Translations under genes and position numbers: made by a program
The notes under the pieces: generated by a model
The model's database searches: none
Told to the model about the DNA's origin: nothing
The model's input: only the letters and a program-made list of their open reading frames with translations
Shown: positions 49,799-61,137 of the stretch, piece after piece
Layout of the letters: each line of letters opens with the position of its first letter
Position numbering within the stretch: position 1 is the first letter of the stretch
Assembly (NCBI GenBank): GCA_040437565.1
Contig: JBDOQK010000005.1
Span: 310,001-374,000, forward strand
DNA from: Albugo candida
Taxonomy: Eukaryota
Reading direction: 5' to 3'
DNA length: 64,000 bases

Positions 49799-52587
49799 TC
49801 ATTCTTTCGAATCCATTCTTGCGGCCAAATTGTGCAGTTGATCCACCGGTAGACATTTACCTCGTGCTTCGCAATATAATGCAAACGCCTTCAATCTAGC
49901 TTTACAATCATCGGAACCACTTGCGATAGCGCTTTGAACTTTTGGGTGAACAATTATCGAAGAAAGAGCTGATAAGAAGCGTCTGGAATAAGGTGGGGCG
50001 ATGCTTGCCAATAGTACTGTCACAAAATGCCGAAGTAATGCTTGGTCTAGTTCCGGGACGTTCTTCATTATAAAATCCAAAACAGGAAAGACGTAGCCAG
50101 CTGTGATCATGAATACCATACATCGTAGTGACTCCCGTCTTAATTCCAAGATCTACAAGCAGCTATGAGAAATCAACGATAAGGAACATTGGGCAGTGTT
50201 TTACCTTGACAGGGTCATTCTCTGTTTCCAGGGTCAGAAAGGTGACCAATATACGTAATGCGATAGCCCAATGTAGTTTATGAAAACGGATTGATGCCTT
50301 CAGAATCTGCAACAAATTGGGAAAACAAACATGAAGCAGCGTGCTACCGACGAAGGATGGAGATTTCAAAATGATTTCAAGCCAATATAGGACGCCTATA
50401 GAGACGACCGGAGTTTCCATCATAGAAATGAGGCGCTTGACAACTCCCGATTGATTCATCTGGAAACGCACAACAGATTAAAAGAAGTACCAAAGATGTG
50501 AGTATGCCTGGCCTTACATTATATCCTAGAGTTTTATCCGATTTACAAATCGTCGAAGCATCGGCAAGTACACAAGCAATGATCTTCATCTCATCTTCAC
50601 CAGTCTGCTCTACGAGATTCTGTTTCTGGTCACAACATGGAACGTCTTGGCAGTGTGAAAGAACACTACGGTTGTCCCGAATCGAAGCAACGTAAGCCAA
50701 TAGTGTGATACAATTTTCCCTGTAATGCATCGTGATCGCTGTGGACGGGTTGAACAATGGATCAATCATTGCATACAGAACCTGATGTTGTCATAAATCA
50801 GAAAACATAGCACGAAAGTAATCAGAAACTTGCCGCTGGGGTGCGAAGGTGGATTGCGGGCGGGGGACTCGATCCTTTATATTGTTCGACTAGAGATTGC
50901 GCGGCCTGTTCGGAGCATTTTCGTGTTTTGACGATACTCAATATTGCGTCACAAAACCGAGTATGTCGCTCGTAGAAGCATCGTCGACGTAATGGATGGA
51001 ACGGTTCACTTTTTGCCCCTAATTTGTTCCTTGCTGCATTTTGGATCTCAAAACTCACACGGTATAGCTTTATCCGCACAAGGTCAATAAATACTGGGTT
51101 CTTGCACTCAGGTTTCGTTCGCTGTTGAAAAAGCTTGTTGTCAAGGTGACTGAGAAGTTCTTCTGCATAAAAGTACGAAAACTCGGACTGACAGCATATT
51201 CTCAGCAAATTTGCAATGATTTTTGAAATTTCATCTTCCGAGTCGGTCGATATCTAGAGTATACAATATCAATATTGAGAATGAATCCAACAAGAAAAAT
51301 GTGACTTACTCGCCGAAGTGCATCGATCAAAACACCATTAAAAACGGGAAAAAAGGCATTAGCAGTTGGAAGGGAAGCAACTTCCTGATGATGCCCAGCA
51401 TCTGATATCCTTCGTATGGCATATTGGAGCAAATTACAAGTCTACAAGACTGTTTAGATCACCAATTAGTCAATGCATTAACAGGTAAGTACATTGTGCG
51501 ATTTTGCAAGTTTGATCAAGATTCTTCGCCACTTCTTGTTTCCAAGCATTGCCGTAAGCCACTCCGGCTCATTAGTTGATCCATTCAGCACATCGGAAAC
51601 CTAAGATGTATGCACAGAGTTCAGTTTAGTTGCTTGAGAATGATTTGTGATCTTGCGAACCATTTTCGGATTATAATTCTGCATGATCAAATCCTCTAAC
51701 CGCATGTAGAGCACATCCTCAGTATACATCCAAGTAGGCTCTTCAGCTTCTCTCTGACTGGTTTGATTGCTATTAGTGGTTGACAAACTATCCTGCGCAT
51801 TTGTTTCCATCATTAACCAGTCTAACCAAGTAGCGACCAGACCAATCATCTGTGCATGCCCCCGATACGATGAAGATAACTTCTCTACAAGTACCTCGGG
51901 ACCATTCGAATCTTTATATGTTCTTAGGAATGCATTGATCGTCAGCATCAATGAGCTATCCATGATGGCATCAGGCTTGCTGAGTCGTTGCAATAAGTGA
52001 GTTGCTTCTAAACCAGCTTCAGAATCTTTTTGTTCGAGAGGAGAAGCTATCAGATTTCCTATTTTCTCCTTCTCGTCGCATATGATCAGGAGTTTTTCAT
52101 CATTCTTTCGAGTCTTCTTTTTCGATTCTATACCCTTGATGCTCTTCTTCCTTTTAATCTGCTCTTTACTCTTCAGTCGTTCTAAATCATTTGACTGATA
52201 CTTGTTCATCGTTCCTTCTTCTATCAAATCTGCTCCCCTTTTCTTCACCGCCGCTAGAGAAGCATTCTTTTGCGTTTCCGACATCTTTTTGATGCTCTTC
52301 GTGTAGTTTGTACAGGCTTTGAAATCGACACCCTTCGGTTTCTCCCATTGAGACTTTTTTTTCTTTCGATTATGGTAGTATAAGCGCTCCGTTTTAGGGT
52401 CCCAAAGCTCTTCCCATTCATACTCAAAATTCAATGACTTTGGATCGGAATCCATATTTATGTCGTCTACGGGAGACGTGTTCTCAGTTTCAAAATTCTT
52501 TGGTTTTTCCCATCGACTCTGTTTTGTAACGCGATTATGGTAATAAGGGCGTCCGTCTTTTGTAAAGTGCTCGCTCCATGATCCCAT
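49799..52587 (-). CDS. NELFCD: Negative elongation factor C/D (TH1) with two N-terminal WW domains; multi-exon
   Basis: WW1 WSEHFTKDGRPYYHNRVTKQSRWEKP; WW2 WEELWDPKTERLYYHNRKKKKSQWEKP. TH1 motifs: DAIMD...GPEVLVEKLSSSYRGHAQMIGLVATWL, PEWLTAML..KKWRRILIKLA, LLQYAIRRISDAGH, SSPPPAIHLR, PVVSIGVLYW, GYVFPVL, LLRHFVTVLLASIAPPYS. Confidence 0.88.
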
Positions 52588-55207
52588 CGTCTCGTTGGAT
52601 CGCTGAGGCCAGCAGTATACGTAGTATACTATACATCATGCTCTTGGACTCTATTGAGAGCAACGCCGTCTACTTCTTTCTCTCATGTCATAAAAAGCAC
52701 TATATAGACCAACAAGAGCGGACAATCAATAACTGCGGTATATAATTCTTGAAGACGTGCTCGCTGATTCTGTTTGCATGGGTTCCATGCTTGATGATTA
52801 GCGCTTGTTGGCACAGTGCATCCTTGAATTAGCTTGATTTCTTTTATCAAACTTCATTATAATAGGCGGGCACAATCAGATAACGACTCAAAACATACTA
52901 AAACGATATTTAAGAAACGTCTACATCACAAACTAGACAAACTTCTCCTTGTCACAGCCGTTGAGAGTAATATATATCAATATATTCATGTGAAGAAGAT
53001 CAAGTCAACAGCTACTTTGAGCAGTGCCGCCCGCATAACCTTGACAAAGACTTCTTTCAGCAAAGAGCTTCAAGTATTGGCTAAGAGAATGTAAGAGAAT
53101 GCTAGTAGCAAAAGGAACAATTACACAGCACGTCAAAGCAGCGAATTCCTCAGCTTCTCTCAATCATTCAGTAACACCGCGAAAGGAATCGATTCTCGGG
53201 TCGCTGAAGCCTGCAAAATGAGCTATTTGTGTGCCATAGATGCTTCGAGTTGGGTCACGTGAGCGAAATATTGTCTAAGAGGGGAACTGATTCAACAAAA
53301 CGCTCAAGTATAATGCGTGACACATCCACTTTGGTTAAAAGATTTTTTAACTCCCCATACGTGGATAAGAAAAAATCCAGAGCACTGAAATACGAAGTAT
53401 TTTTGGGTCGAATTATTCGCTAGATTTGCTGGCGTAAGCCATCTTTACGCGAGGCAGGACCACTACAAATAGCTCATGCAAACTTTCCTTTTGACTAATG
53501 GGATGACTAGTCTTGCTGCAGCTAACTCGAGCTTCTCATGGATTGAACACGACTCGCCTTTATCGAACAAGGTGCAAAAGTATCGCACCAATCTCTAGAT
53601 AGGATAATATAAAGCAGTTCAGCGGTCTAGCATTGCATGAGGACTCGACTAGCCAGTCGACTCAATATATGCATGTTTTGCAGCTTCGTACAAATATCAT
53701 ATATACCTTCTTGATGTTTAAATAAGCAGCTGCCGTCATAAACTTATCTGCAATGATAATGTCCACATGACCCCATCTTTGAATTTCTAGGCCGACATGA
53801 ATTACGAGACCTTTTCAGATTGCCAGCCGTATATTTATGAGCCATGATGCGTCCTGGCTTCGCTGAAAATTGATAACATGGATCTTGATTGATTTGACTG
53901 AAACTTCCATATTCAATGGAATTGACATGATCGAACGGAGGCATACGAGGGTGTAAGAGAGATCACATGGACATGTTGTATGCAACTTGTGTAAGCCGCG
54001 GACGAATGTAGAGCTTTACCCAATGCACGAGACTCTTGCACTATTGCACGGTGACTTGCTTACATCAGGACTGCATAAGGTGAAGAGCTCGCAGGTCGGA
54101 TTGATCAGATGCTATAGAGATCGGCTGATGACGTGACGTGAAGCCGAAGGTGATCGATTGAAGTAAGTATCCTTCAGGGATTTGAGATATGGTAAATGGA
54201 TGGAGCAGAACAACAACGCATTAATGGTCAGGACACATACTCTCTCAAAATACATGCCTGTATTTGTAGGAAAACAGTCCGTAGATAAATTATACTGTCA
54301 TAAAGAGTGTAGAAATACGATCTTCTCGGTCTTGATGAAATGCGAGTCCTGTCAGCATAGGAACGGTCTGATCAATGACTAGGCGGATGATAATGAGGAT
54401 TTCAGTCGCGCCTGAAAGTGGCAGACTCGGTTTAGTAGCATAACTGCAGTAGGAGCACTGATTCTATCCAACTGCACCTTTCAACATGATTGATACTGTC
54501 TAGACTAGCAATGTCTTCAAAGCACGGAACCAAGCTACGAGATACCTTTGTAGCTCAACTTATATGACATGAGTGAAGCTAGGTAATTATTGTAATGCAT
54601 CTGCTGGAGGGTCTTCTAATTTGAGCACAAACATGCGGAATTGGACGCACGATTTATGTGCCTGGTCTTTTTCTTGTAACGAGCACGTCGAATCACGCAC
54701 GACGAAGGCTGCTTTTTCGGAAAGTAGATGAGCTCGGCTACTGGTCCGGAAGTGTACGACTATACCACCTTCTCCTATCAACCTTACGGGGTTCCTTCTG
54801 CTAGTAAAAAATTTAACGCGCCACTATTGTTGCAATTACTCGTGCGTGCGGCCAGGCACGTGCGCGCCATTTATGCGAAAGTAATCACTGCTTTCAAGCT
54901 GAGTCTAGTCTGTCCAGTTATAAGCTTCCTCGCAGCGCAAGAGAAAATTGATCACCTAGTCTAAGTCTTCCAAGAGATAGATTGGGACCAGAAGTCTTCG
55001 GTCGGAGTTTTGTGATACATTCGACTTACTGAATCAGAGTTGTAAACTTCACAAACGTGATAATGTAAGAGAAGTGACCACTTGGAACAAGACCGGAGAT
55101 TTTGAATACAACTAGTAGACTCTCCAAGACTACATGGACCTACATGAACGTTCTGGCTTTTGCTGGATTTATTGGCATTCTACAAACCTGTATCGCGTTC
55201 AATTCGT

Positions 55208-55222
55208 CTCATTCTTCAATTT
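55208..55222 (+). promoter_or_regulatory. Oomycete Inr+FPR core promoter
   Basis: CTCATTCTTCAATTT matches the oomycete consensus (G)CTCATTYYNCAWTTT and ends 26 bp before ATG 55249. Confidence 0.7.
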
Positions 55223-55248
55223 TCTTGTCAACACAGCTCACCAGTACG

Positions 55249-55838
55249 ATGAAAACTCACAACTCGATCGCATGTATGCTGGTATTTGCAAACTCATCTC
55301 ATGGGATGGCACTGCGAGAAGGTATTGAAGGAAGAAAGGATACTAGCAACACCGATGGAGTAAAAATGGACTCCAGCGCAAATTTCGTGAAAAGCTTACC
55401 CGTCTCTCGTCGAAATTTAATGGAAGACAGCTTTGTTCTTTTTGATTATGAAGATCCTTCTGCAAATTCAGCAGCTGGTGTTTCTCAAGCAGCAAAACAA
55501 ATATCGGTGCCTTCAGTGTTTCCATTTGTACCGAGCACGGATACTCAAGTCCTCCTGAGGATACTCGTTCATGGGGCAGCCAAAATATAAATAGGAATTT
55601 TCCAGATGACTTTGGTATATATTTAGATCGACGTGCGCGGGGACAAATTAATCTAGCGAGAAAACAATTTCTTGACGGTGGCACGATGCAGCCTCCGGAT
55701 CATTCGTCTGAAGTATCTGCAAATTTACCTAAACCAGTTGCCTCCCCCAAACATGTTCCATCCAGCAAGAAAAAATCCAAGTCTGGAAAACTCGAAAATT
55801 TCAAGAGTGCGAAAATAAAGCAGAAAACGGATATATAA
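55249..55838 (+). pseudogene. Secreted RxL-like effector candidate, apparently frameshifted
   Basis: Signal-peptide-like MKTHNSIACMLVFANSSHG, then SRRNLMEDSFVLFDYED. The frame ends at 55590, but an overlapping frame is open from 55452 to 55838 and ends in the Lys-rich SKKKSKSGKLENFKSAKIKQK. Confidence 0.5.
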
Positions 55839-56053
55839 GTGACAAGTACAAGAAAAAAACGAAACAACGTTTAGTCGTTTATCCCTCGAATTCGAATGAG
55901 CAGCCTTTTCACCCATCTTCATTTACCAACTCTTCCTACATACTTTTTCTTTCACCCATGAGCATTTCTCAGCTATGACCCTATCAAGCCTTGACAAATT
56001 CAGTACATCAAAAGGACAATAGAGTAGTGGAACAGTTGGGCTGTCGGATCAGC

Positions 56054-57290
56054 TTACTGTTTGCATGTGTTGACAAAGTTTTTGGAAGTGACAAACTTTA
56101 CTGTATGCGCTATCGCTTTTCGTCAGTGCTCGGTTTTCTTGAACTCCATGCCCACTATTCACCACATTTGGGTTCAGCCTCTGTGCACATTCTCAGTCTT
56201 TCTTTGGCAGCATCTACTNNNNNNNNNNNNNNNNNNNNNNNNNNNNNNNNNNNNNNNNNNNNNNNNNNNNNNNNNNNNNNNNNNNNNNNNNNNNNNNNNN
56301 NNNNNNNNNNNNNNNNNNATGTGTTGACAAAGTTTTTGGAAGTGACAAACTTTACTGTATGCGCTATCGCTTTTCGTCAGTGCTCGGTTTTCTTGAACTC
56401 CATGCCCACTATTCACCACATTTGGGTTCAGCCTCTGTGCACATTCTCAGTCTTTCTTTGGCAGCATCTACTGCAACCTCGTGCAACAGATTGCTTCGTG
56501 ACCAATCATTGCCCTGGAAACGGTTCATGAACTGCCAAGTATATCTTCGAACTTTCTTCTCGTTCCAAAGGAGCAAATGAAGCTCGTTTATGATGTGGCC
56601 TTAACGCGCTTTGAATCTCGATTGTTTCTGCCCGCAAAATCTCAGAGTCTGAACATTCCTGAAGCGCTTAGGACAATACTATGTTTTTATCTTTGCTATT
56701 TCCAAAACGGGCTTTCACGCGTATGGACTTGAGCCACAAAAACACATCATTTCTCGCATAATTTAGACGAGTGAGTTTTCAAACGGATCTTGCCTTCGTC
56801 ACGGCGGTCACTTTTCCTCCAGTCGGTTCGATAAAATACACAGAGGCTTGCCCAGCCACACGCCCAGCCACACTATCCCGTCCGAGTAGAATAGAATACA
56901 TTAAACTGGCACGGGAGGTGCGTGTGCTCTGGCTTAAGCAAGATTTAGCAAGAAGTGATCTAGCCACCTCAATCTCGTCGTTCTCCCATTCAAGTTTTTG
57001 CAGCTGCAAGAAAGATCGTTCGCTGCTTGGAGGGGCCCTAAATGCTGGACGTAGGATCAATCAAGCGTTCTGAATAGAGCCATTTGTTCACGCTTCTTTT
57101 GCTGATATATGCCACAGAGTTTCTGTATTCTAAAAACGTACTGTTGGAACAAGTAGCTGAGTAATCAGTGCTATCGCCACTTCATCAGAACTGCGGTTCG
57201 CATAGGATTTTTGCCACTTCGGTATAATCTTTTCTTTTGTGCGATCGCATGCAACTAGATTAACTGCTTGCCGGGAATATGCTATGAGCA
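56054..57290 (-). pseudogene. PRPF6: Decayed copy of the C-terminal HAT/TPR region of splicing factor PRP6
   Basis: Collinear fragments: FPGKQLI*LHAIA, ETLWHISAKEA*TNGSIQNA*LILRPAFRA, IFLAAAKLEWENDEIEVARSLLAK-ARAHAP, PLCILSNRLEEK*, VTKARSV*, NDVFLWLKSIRV, *ALQECSDSEILRAE, CTEAEPKCGE*W. Many stops, frameshifts and deletions. Bases 56065-56218 are duplicated across the gap. Confidence 0.88.
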
Positions 57291-57387
57291 CACTCTTAGT
57301 TACTGGGCTTAGCACACATACTGAAAAACGCAAATGTCTTTTATTTCTCGTTATGATGGCATGATTCTCAGGTTAGTGATACTTCTT

Positions 57388-58978
57388 CTAGCTGACAGGG
57401 GCCCTGAAAGACGCCACAGTACCGATGTAGGCAAGAATGAGAGAAATTGTAGCTATGAAGACATTAAGCCACTTTTCTGCTTCACCAAGTGCTGACCAGA
57501 ACAATTTCAAGTAGCAGACACATGGGAAGAATACAGACACCAGCATTGCAAAGAAAGCGCCAATAAATGAAGTTATCCGTGCGAATTCTGGGACAAACAA
57601 AGCACACATAAGTGCTGCTGTTGCCAAAGCAGTTCGGATAATAACTCCAATTGTTTGTGTTTTGCAAGTGACTGGCGCTCTCTCGGATGTATCGAGAATC
57701 AGCTCCTCAATAGCCAATGCTACTGGGTTCAGTGTTATGGCAAGCTTGGACATCGGATTGAGCACAATGGTCCATAGCATCAATTTTACCAGGTGACCTT
57801 CGAAGCTGTCCATCAGATTCAATGTGATCTCCTTCTTCGTCTTATCTCCATACATCAAATACCCACAGAGTTCAACAGCTCCGTAAATGACCACTACTAT
57901 GCCGTATGCAACATTTAAGACTTGCGGAAATTCTTCTCGACGTTTCATGGTGCTACAAATTGACGGAAAAACTGAATGCCCGCCAAAAGCAACCATTGTC
58001 AAACCGATTGAGAGTGGAATACGATCATATGATGCTATCCACCGAACCGGTTGCGGCTCCAATAGACTTCCGATTTCTCCATTTTCTGCCATTGACCCAA
58101 CGTACAGAATCGTGTACAAACAAAAGATGGAAGAGAGTATGCCAATGATACTGAAATACGAAAGCAATGACAAATGGCGTGTCCAAGTCGTCGGCAGGAC
58201 GATCAGATAACATATAATCGTCATTTTTGATTCCGCAGTTGAAGGTACTAATGCTGCCAAAGTGTCTCCCACTATTTGCATCAATGGTTTGAGTATAGAT
58301 ATGGGGTAAGTCGTCAAAAATGCATACTCAGTATGTAAAACATCGACGCGGCGGTGAATAGTTCTGTGAAAAACACAACGCTGATGAAAACACGACCATA
58401 TATTCCGAACGCGGCTTGGCCGATATCAGGATATGTCTAAGAAGGCGAGTGAGACAGGTCAATACTCAAATTGTAAGCACTGGACACCTGCATGCCGGTC
58501 TGATAACCCAGACATTTTCCAAGTAGTTTTCCAGTGTAATTAGTCACACCTGCAAAAAAGATAAAGAAGACACCGCCTGCAAGTATACCGCTCGAACGCA
58601 ATGCAAAAGGACCGGATAGTATACCAACGCCTAACAAGACGTTCACGGAATTAAATACAGCTGACTGAAACGAGGTTTTCATCGCTAATGTGACTTCATA
58701 ATGCTGATGAGACTCTGAGGCTTTATGATCGATTTGTGGTGATAATATGCCAAAACCCTCAGGTGAAGGTGTATCTGGTGGAAATGTAAACGTCTGTTTT
58801 AATGCTGGTGAAGGTAATCTGCCCGGTAGTTCATTAGGTGTTGTTGGCACGATTTCTGTATCTAATTCTGAACCTACCTAGAGTCCACACCTTGTTCGAA
58901 TGTTTGCGGCCATTTGTTCGGCAAACGAGAACGTTTTCGGAAAGATCCGTTTTCAAGTGTTGCGTACGAATGAGTCAT
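57388..58978 (-). CDS. Amino acid/auxin permease (AAAP), vacuolar AVT1-like; 4 exons
   Basis: WPQTFEQ, TSFQSAVFNSVNVLLGVGILSGPFA, TYPDIGQAAFG, FGGHSVFPSI, GYLMYGD and NPMSKLAITLNP; about 11 TM helices. Confidence 0.92.
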
Positions 58979-59843
58979 CTATACTTTATCAAAGTGTACT
59001 TTCGGCCGACAGAAAGATGCCTTTTTGTCGATCTTTTATTTGTAATAATTAAGGAAATAGGCGCCTTCGACTTCAAGATGCTAACTTAGAATATTATATA
59101 ATCACGCATAGGACGTTTCTAGAGCACCATTGCACAGCTAGAAGCTTTGAGTAAATATCATAGAGGATGACTGCAGTGGATGTTGTTACTTTATGCCTAT
59201 ATCAGCTCGTCTTTTTGAAAGCACCCCCATTTTGGTACAAGCCAGGATCTTGTTGCTCTCAACAGCTCGATCAAATCCGACCTTGATCGGTATTGATGAT
59301 GGATATCCTGCATACCATGCAAGTAATAATTACGGTGTTCTAGCAGCGCAAGCAAGAATCTTTCATTTTTTTTAATCGCAATCCGATTTGATTGGAAGGA
59401 TCGGACAGGCTAAGCAAAGATTGTGCCTCAGCTCGAAAAGAATGATGCTATGAGCTCTTTGACCGACCAGCCTTTGAGCAGCTATGTTTCTCCTTTTTGC
59501 ATACAAAATGGCAGCCTAATCTTTCACTGTGGATTCACAACACGCAATGCATCTTTATTGAACATTATGGATTGTTGGAAATGGGTATCTTTTGGCTATC
59601 TTTGTGACGATTACCGCGCGGGTATAAAGTCCAACTGATACAAGTCCAAAACTGTCTGCATCCCGCTCTAGTAGATAAGACACGAACTTGATAGATCGAG
59701 CTTTTATCATTACAAAATCTCCGCATTGCGTAAAGTCTCTGCTGGGGAGCCACAATATACGTAAATACACTATGCGATTTATCGCGTTACTGCTGCGGAT
59801 CAATGCAGCTGAGAAAATGGTTTTGGCTGAAAAGAGTAATTGC

Positions 59844-61137
59844 CGGACTCATAAAGATCGTACTCAATGCATTTCGATGGTGTACAAATCGTCGACTCGG
59901 GGACACTGCTTCGGTTTGGCATTGCATTTAAAAAAAGGCGTGTCTAACTTAAGGTGAATCCGGACCGAATATTTACGCCTAAGCCGTGTGTAGCGAGCTT
60001 TATAGCGTCTCAAAGCCTTATTCAAACATGAGAGCTCCACCTCATCGTCAGAATATGTAATCTGGACTACTCACTTAATTACAAGACAAGGATGGGTTCT
60101 TCAGTTCGTTGTGTGAGAATCCCCGTTCGAGTCTTACCCTCCTCTTATGAGAAGTGATGAAGCCACAAAGAAAAATGGATCATACTTTTCTAATTTCACT
60201 CAAAGAATCGCATCTGAAAAGCTAATAGTGTAGCCCTACAGTGGCATTACGTCTGTGATTCCTGTGAAAGTGGATGCTTCGTGGCGTGATATTTATTCTA
60301 GTCTATCCGGCGATCTAAAGCCAAAAATGATCAAACTGATGGCCACGAGTCTACCAATCACCGGTGAACGCTGCGCTGCTCTCCCTTCCTTCTCGTTCCT
60401 TCGCTTTAGATGCCAAGAGTAGCGGCTTGAGGAACTTTCTNNNNNNNNNNNNNNNNNNNNNNNNNNNNNNNNNNNNNNNNNNNNNNNNNNNNNNNNNNNN
60501 NNNNNNNNNNNNNNNNNNNNNNNNNNNNNNNNNNNNNNNNCGGACTCATAAAGATCGTACTCAATGCATTTCGATGGTGTACAAATCGTCGACTCGGGGA
60601 CACTGCTTCGGTTTGGCATTGCATTTAAAAAAAGGCGTGTCTAACTTAAGGTGAATCCGGACCGAATATTTACGCCTAAGCCGTGTGTAGCGAGCTTTAT
60701 AGCGTCTCAAAGCCTTATTCAAACATGAGAGCTCCACCTCATCGTCAGAATATGTAATCTGGACTACTCACTTAATTACAAGACAAGGATGGGTTCTTCA
60801 GTTCGTTGTGTGAGAATCCCCGTTCGAGTCTTACCCTCCTCTTATGAGAAGTGATGAAGCCACAAAGAAAAATGGATCATACTTTTCTAATTTCACTCAA
60901 AGAATCGCATCTGAAAAGCTAATAGTGTAGCCCTACAGTGGCATTACGTCTGTGATTCCTGTGAAAGTGGATGCTTCGTGGCGTGATATTTATTCTAGTC
61001 TATCCGGCGATCTAAAGCCAAAAATGATCAAACTGATGGCCACGAGTCTACCAATCACCGGTGAACGCTGCGCTGCTCTCCCTTCCTTCTCGTTCCTTCG
61101 CTTTAGATGCCAAGAGTAGCGGCTTGAGGAACTTTCT
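59844..61137. repeat. Gap-flank direct duplication, 59844-60440 = 60541-61137
   Basis: Matching 597-bp copies around a 100-N gap; they include the PRIM1 3' end. Confidence 0.95.

Noticed and set aside
53700-53790. Tc1-like DDE fragment (WGHVDIIIADKFMTAAAYLNI)
   Set aside because: No flanking QDNA/SPDLNPIE or DE motifs were found.
55102-55248. Upstream signal-peptide-like start MNVLAFAGFIGILQTCIA
   Set aside because: The Inr-FPR at 55208-55222 lies inside it and favours ATG 55249; not fully excluded.
59980-60145. Possible tRNA remnant (gccgtgtgtagcgagc...ccccgttcgagtc)
   Set aside because: The stems cannot be paired into a cloverleaf and the spacing is wrong.
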